Origin: a virus
Lineage: Duplodnaviria > Caudoviricetes
Strand: one strand, 5' to 3'
Length of the DNA: 64,000 bases
IMG/VR virus record: IMGVR_UViG_3300024284_000007
Coordinates: 23,380 to 87,379 of that record
The notes under the pieces were generated by a model. The model was not told the origin of the DNA and searched no databases. It saw only the letters and a list, made by a program, of their open reading frames with translations. Position 1 is the first letter of the stretch. The number at the start of each line of letters is the position of its first letter. A program made the translations under genes and the position numbers. Shown here one piece after another: positions 60,044-64,000 of the stretch.

Positions 60044-60328
60044 ATGAGAAGTGACATCTTCATCAGTCACCAGGCGGGGAGATGCCCGGTCTGCGGAGCC
60101 CCGATCCTGGACTGCGGGTACTCCGATGATCCAGCGCTATGGGAGCATGACTGGTCTCGCAGCGAGGACAGCAGGGCAGCCCTGTTCTACCTCAACCCGG
60201 AGAACCGGCAGAGCGACGGTCCCGCATACAGGAAAGACGGGACGCAGGTGAACCGAGGTGCAGGACCTGCCCAGGGTCCGGAGACAGGTCCTGCGGGGGC
60301 GCTTACATCGCCCAGTGCTTCACCGTGA
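60044..60328 (+). CDS. Hypothetical protein with a CPVC motif
   Basis: GGGGAA RBS. Confidence 0.45.
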   Translation: MRSDIFISHQAGRCPVCGAPILDCGYSDDPALWEHDWSRSEDSRAALFYLNPENRQSDGPAYRKDGTQVNRGAGPAQGPETGPAGALTSPSASP

Positions 60329-61727
60329 TCTCCATCGCGAGCACGAGGCAGCGCCTGCCCTGGTACTTGACGTAGCCCCCGACGACAGGAGCCCTGCTGC
60401 GGGTGACCGTGATGATGTCATCACGGTCCCTGATCTTCACTGTGACCATCATCTTCCTTCTTCCGGGAGAGACCCCCTGCAAGAGGTCTTACCCAGCCCC
60501 TGGGGATTAAACATCCTCGGGGGCTTCCTCATGTCCTTGCAGGAGAGTCAGGGACTGCCTGCGGACCTGGGAGACGCAGTGGTGCCGGTTCCCGAACTTG
60601 CGCAGGACCCCCTCCCTCCAGATGACGTAAGCAACTCCATCAGGGTAGTTCAGCTCCGGCTCCGGGGAACCTCATGCCCGGTGATGACGTACCTGCCGTG
60701 GAGACTGCGGTGATGCGAGCCGTGGTACTCCACGGCAGATCCCACCGGGTAAGGCTCCAGCTTCATCTCTTCCCTTCCGCCAGCCATCCCCTGAGAAGCC
60801 TCTACACGCGGGGATTTTCCTTCCTGAAAATTTTACCAGGAAAAAATACCAGCATGTTCATGCAGCTCAGAAAGCTTCTGAGGAGTTCCGGGATCTTATC
60901 TCAAAAATACGGGAGGGTGCTTGTCGGCACATCCGAACTCCAGTTCGAATATGTCGAATCATCTACCTCTTTACCTGCACGTGCTTTCGGATTTCTGTGG
61001 TGCCTGGATTTTCGAAAGCTTGTGCTAAGCATGATCCTATATGATCACTGGCAGGATCATATATCATCTGGTGATGCATCATATTCCATCTGCTCCAGGA
61101 TCCTGTATGATTCCCTGGAGTACGAGATATGAGATATCATCTGAGGAATCGAGAGACTGTTCGAAATGCACCATAGGCGCTATCTAGGCTACCCCGTTCG
61201 ATGCTTCGCTATTGTTTTCGGATTGTTCCTGTGAAGTGCAACTTTCCATAGCACCGGGGCACCATCACATGGTAGCACACTCGAACAAATTTTCGCAACT
61301 GTTCGATCTAAAGAACCTTCTGACCTGCGCTTCTATTCGAAAACCTGTCTGAAAGTGCCCCTGCATGACCCTGTGCTCCACGCTGTCAGCAGACCCTGGC
61401 CTGATACCTGACTGCCCCCGTTATGGTCTCTCCGTGGCTCTCAGGAGTTTTCAGAGGGTATCCCGCCACTGGTCTCCTCCCCTGGTTTTCGAGAGTCCTT
61501 CCATGCCCCGATACGTCCGCTGCAGACCCCGTTCGGTGCCCCTGCCTGCCCTCCTGCACCGCTTCCCCGCTGGTGCCTGGCACTGAGGGCACCCTTCAGC
61601 CCGTATGCAGTCGCGGATTGTGGGCATGCGCTTATCATACCCTTCCCTATCTCTCCGGTCTGGATTACCTGCTTTACGGGCAAAGAGAAACCCCCGGGGG
61701 TAATCCCCGGGGGTCTGCTCCTGTCTC

Positions 61728-62207
61728 CTACACCAGCACGCGGTACCCGCCCGGCACCCGCAGGACAGTAAGGCGGATGCCGTTCCATTCGTCATCGTGG
61801 TCAGCGGCTCCCAGGATCATCTCGGCGCGGTCCGGGTGGATCCCGTAGGAGGTGACCAGCTTGCCGCAGGCCTCATCACGGGTCAGCGGACGCGGGGTGA
61901 ACACCGCTCCCCGGAAGGTCTCCGGGGAAGTGCTGGCAGCTTCCACGGCAGCGTCCAGGGGAGCGGTCACGGGTACCGCGATCTTCACCCATCGCTCCCC
62001 GTAGCCTGCCACGGTCACCAGGACAGTTTCCGGGTAGGTGGACTCCTTCCCGGAAACCCAGCCGCGAACGCCGCTCATGGCGGGCATCGAACCGCAGGCA
62101 GGCTCATTCCACTCGATGAGCTGACCCGGACGGGGCATCACGGGGACAGTCAGGGTCCAGATGCGGGCGTTGCCGATGCGCTCTGAGGTCATGGTTCCGG
62201 TGATCAC
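61728..62207 (-). CDS. Hypothetical protein
   Basis: GGAG RBS, GTG start, GC3-biased. Confidence 0.65.
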   Translation of the reverse strand: MITGTMTSERIGNARIWTLTVPVMPRPGQLIEWNEPACGSMPAMSGVRGWVSGKESTYPETVLVTVAGYGERWVKIAVPVTAPLDAAVEAASTSPETFRGAVFTPRPLTRDEACGKLVTSYGIHPDRAEMILGAADHDDEWNGIRLTVLRVPGGYRVLV

Positions 62208-62210
62208 GGT

Positions 62211-62420
62211 TCACGCTCCGATCAGGATGAGGGTCACGGCAGTCACGGACAGGACAGCGATGACGGAGACCAGGAACGTGATTCCGGCTCTGGCTCCCTT
62301 CATCCTGGTCATCCCGATGGCAATCGCCAGGATGACCATTGCGATGAGCGCTGTGAGCATTCCGTGTCCTTCCGTCGCTGGAGACTCCAGCGTAACCCCG
62401 CAAGTGCCTGATCTGTGCAC
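62211..62420 (-). CDS. Small 2-TM membrane protein
   Basis: The likely start is the internal MLTALIAMV; two hydrophobic helices. Confidence 0.6.
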   Translation of the reverse strand: MHRSGTCGVTLESPATEGHGMLTALIAMVILAIAIGMTRMKGARAGITFLVSVIAVLSVTAVTLILIGA

Positions 62421-62966
62421 TTTTCAGGTTACAGCTCCATAACAATGCAACTGATTACATTCAGTGAGATCATCGAACTGATTACAGCGTTAACACTGCT
62501 TACGCCGTTCGAGCTTGCGGGACCTGGGGACCTCGGGACACCGTTCTGGCGTAACCAGCTGGCTACTGCCAGTAGCTTCCCTGCATCCCGGCTAGATGAC
62601 TGCCTGGGTACAACTCTCTGACCTGCCCTTTTCGAGCGATTCGAACTGTTAGCAAGACTAACGGAAATGCTTTCGGATTTCTGCGGACGCAAGTTACCCG
62701 TCAGTATGTCAGGACATACCACCTGGGAAAACGTGATGCAGGAGTCTGCGGAAGGCTCGGGATGTGCCCTGTAACCAGCCACGATGCACTGTGAGCCTGC
62801 CTGCCACTCTCAGCGCATCCTGGTATAGGGGTGTTCGAATAACCGCTTACAGGCGCTCTGAGAGCCTCCATTCGAACACCACTCCCCGGTCCCTTCGGTG
62901 CCTTATTCGAAATCCTCCGACGAAACCCTTGTCAAGGGTAATCATGCAACTACTTTCCGATGTTTG

Positions 62967-63076
62967 TGCAGGTCAGAGCACCATGATTTTCCGTTACCAT
63001 TCCGTGATGGAATAACTTGCCTGGTAGCAAATGTGCAGGTCAGAGCTTGATCATTTGCGTTACTGCAGGTCAGAGC
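62967..63076 (+). repeat. Three direct copies of TGCAGGTCAGAGC
   Basis: 62967-62979, 63034-63046, 63064-63076; inverted partial copies at 62616 and 61319. Confidence 0.8.
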
Positions 63077-63344
63077 ATGTAACACGCTGACCAACCATGC
63101 GATAGCGTTTGGCTTGTTCGGAAGCGCGGCAACGAGGACCGCAGGCAGGACAGAGCGGACCAGGGATATCCACCCCTGCCACCATCGCGAGAACCCGCGT
63201 GGGAAGTGGTGACAACTGAACGTCTCGGAGGGCTATGCGCGGGCTGGTCCCGTGACCTCCTGACACGCACTCCCCTAGCGGGCATGCAACGGACCTGACG
63301 TGAGGCGCAAGCCTGCGGAAAATCCATGCTGGCAGTCAAGGACA

Positions 63345-63765
63345 ATGCTGGCGTGAGTCACTGACCACATGCCCGTTAGGTACGGAGTAAAAGGCTAACT
63401 AGCTCACGGTTAAGGCGAATGCCGCACGGGTTTGTCACCAGCATCACAGGATGCCCGGTAAAGCGGTTAAAGGCTGAGGGGAACGCTCCCGGAGCCACGC
63501 ACGATACGTAGACAGAGCATGGGTCGCGTGCCTAAAAATGCATAACGGATCAAGTGGGAGCCCGGTAACCCGGCGTCGCTTCGGCAAGAAAACTCCCAGC
63601 GTGCCCATGGTGAAGACACGTACCTGAGAATCAAGATCCGTTATGCTACAGCGCGTGACTAAGCCCTAGTCACGGCAAGCCGATGGCAAGTGAGTTGAGA
63701 GATCACCTGCCTGACGCACCCTTCAGCTAGCGGGACCGCTTACGGGTCCCGCGCTTTACGCTGAA
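63345..63765 (+). ncRNA. Candidate large pseudoknotted ncRNA
   Basis: No credible ORF; many long stems including a perfect 12-bp GCATAACGGATC/GATCCGTTATGC and crossing pairings. Confidence 0.55.
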
Positions 63766-63814
63766 GACCTCAGAGAGTGAGTGCCCTACCGGGTACCCGG
63801 GGAATCGAGTGAAA

Positions 63815-64000
63815 ATGACTGCTGACACTGAGTTTGATCTCGCCAGCGAATATGACCAGATTCTCAAGGAGCGCAACGACTTCGGTGATGAGCTTGACAA
63901 GCGCGACTACTCCCGTTATGCCATCACGCTAGCGGGCATCGTCGCGGTTCTCATCACGCTGATCATCTGCGCTACCTTCTTCGGTATCGCCTGGATTACG
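63815..64000 (+). CDS. Membrane protein, runs off the window end
   Basis: MTADTEFDLASEYDQ...ITLAGIVAVLITLIICATFFGIAWIT. Confidence 0.65.
   Translation, partial: MTADTEFDLASEYDQILKERNDFGDELDKRDYSRYAITLAGIVAVLITLIICATFFGIAWIT

Noticed and set aside
60674-61132. 152-aa plus-strand CDS
   Set aside because: No RBS, and codon usage is unlike neighbouring genes; it overlaps a repetitive AT-richer tract, so it is probably noncoding.
61280-61310. LexA SOS box
   Set aside because: TCGAAC-AAAT-TTTCGC has only one good half-site.
63345-63765. Group I or II intron, full tmRNA, or cobalamin riboswitch
   Set aside because: I found no group II domain V, group I P7 elements, tmRNA termini or B12-box.

Overview
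This is a 64-kb segment of a large, high-GC tailed phage (siphovirus-like) that most likely infects an actinomycete; there are no host housekeeping genes. 1-8.6 kb (+): a tRNA array of about 22 tRNA genes, several of them atypical, plus a truncated tRNA-Asp. It is interleaved with three HNH endonucleases, small ORFs, Pth2, a GGQ release-factor homologue, a 78-nt tmRNA-like RNA with no coding domain, and other structured non-tRNA cassettes. 8.5-56.5 kb (-): DUF5664 nucleotide hydrolase, lysis cassette, tail genes, tape measure, head-tail genes, a sugar-modification/glycosyltransferase cluster, major capsid, protease/scaffold, a very large portal-MuF fusion, terminase, secreted NlpC/P60 and LysM-Rpf proteins, an RyR-domain protein and Ro60 (TROVE). 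56.6-57.3 kb: six tandem Y-RNA-like genes directly upstream of Ro60. 57.4-64 kb: small accessory ORFs, a divergent noncoding region and a candidate large pseudoknotted ncRNA. The strongest hidden signals are (i) the modular six-Y-RNA array with Ro60, (ii) two conserved virion genes broken by 5-7 nt inserts starting with the rare TTA codon, suggesting programmed ribosomal bypassing, (iii) the tagless mini-tmRNA near Pth2 and the GGQ factor, and (iv) the ornate ncRNA at 63.3-63.8 kb. All family assignments come from motif recognition by eye and all structures from manual base pairing; no database search or folding program was run.
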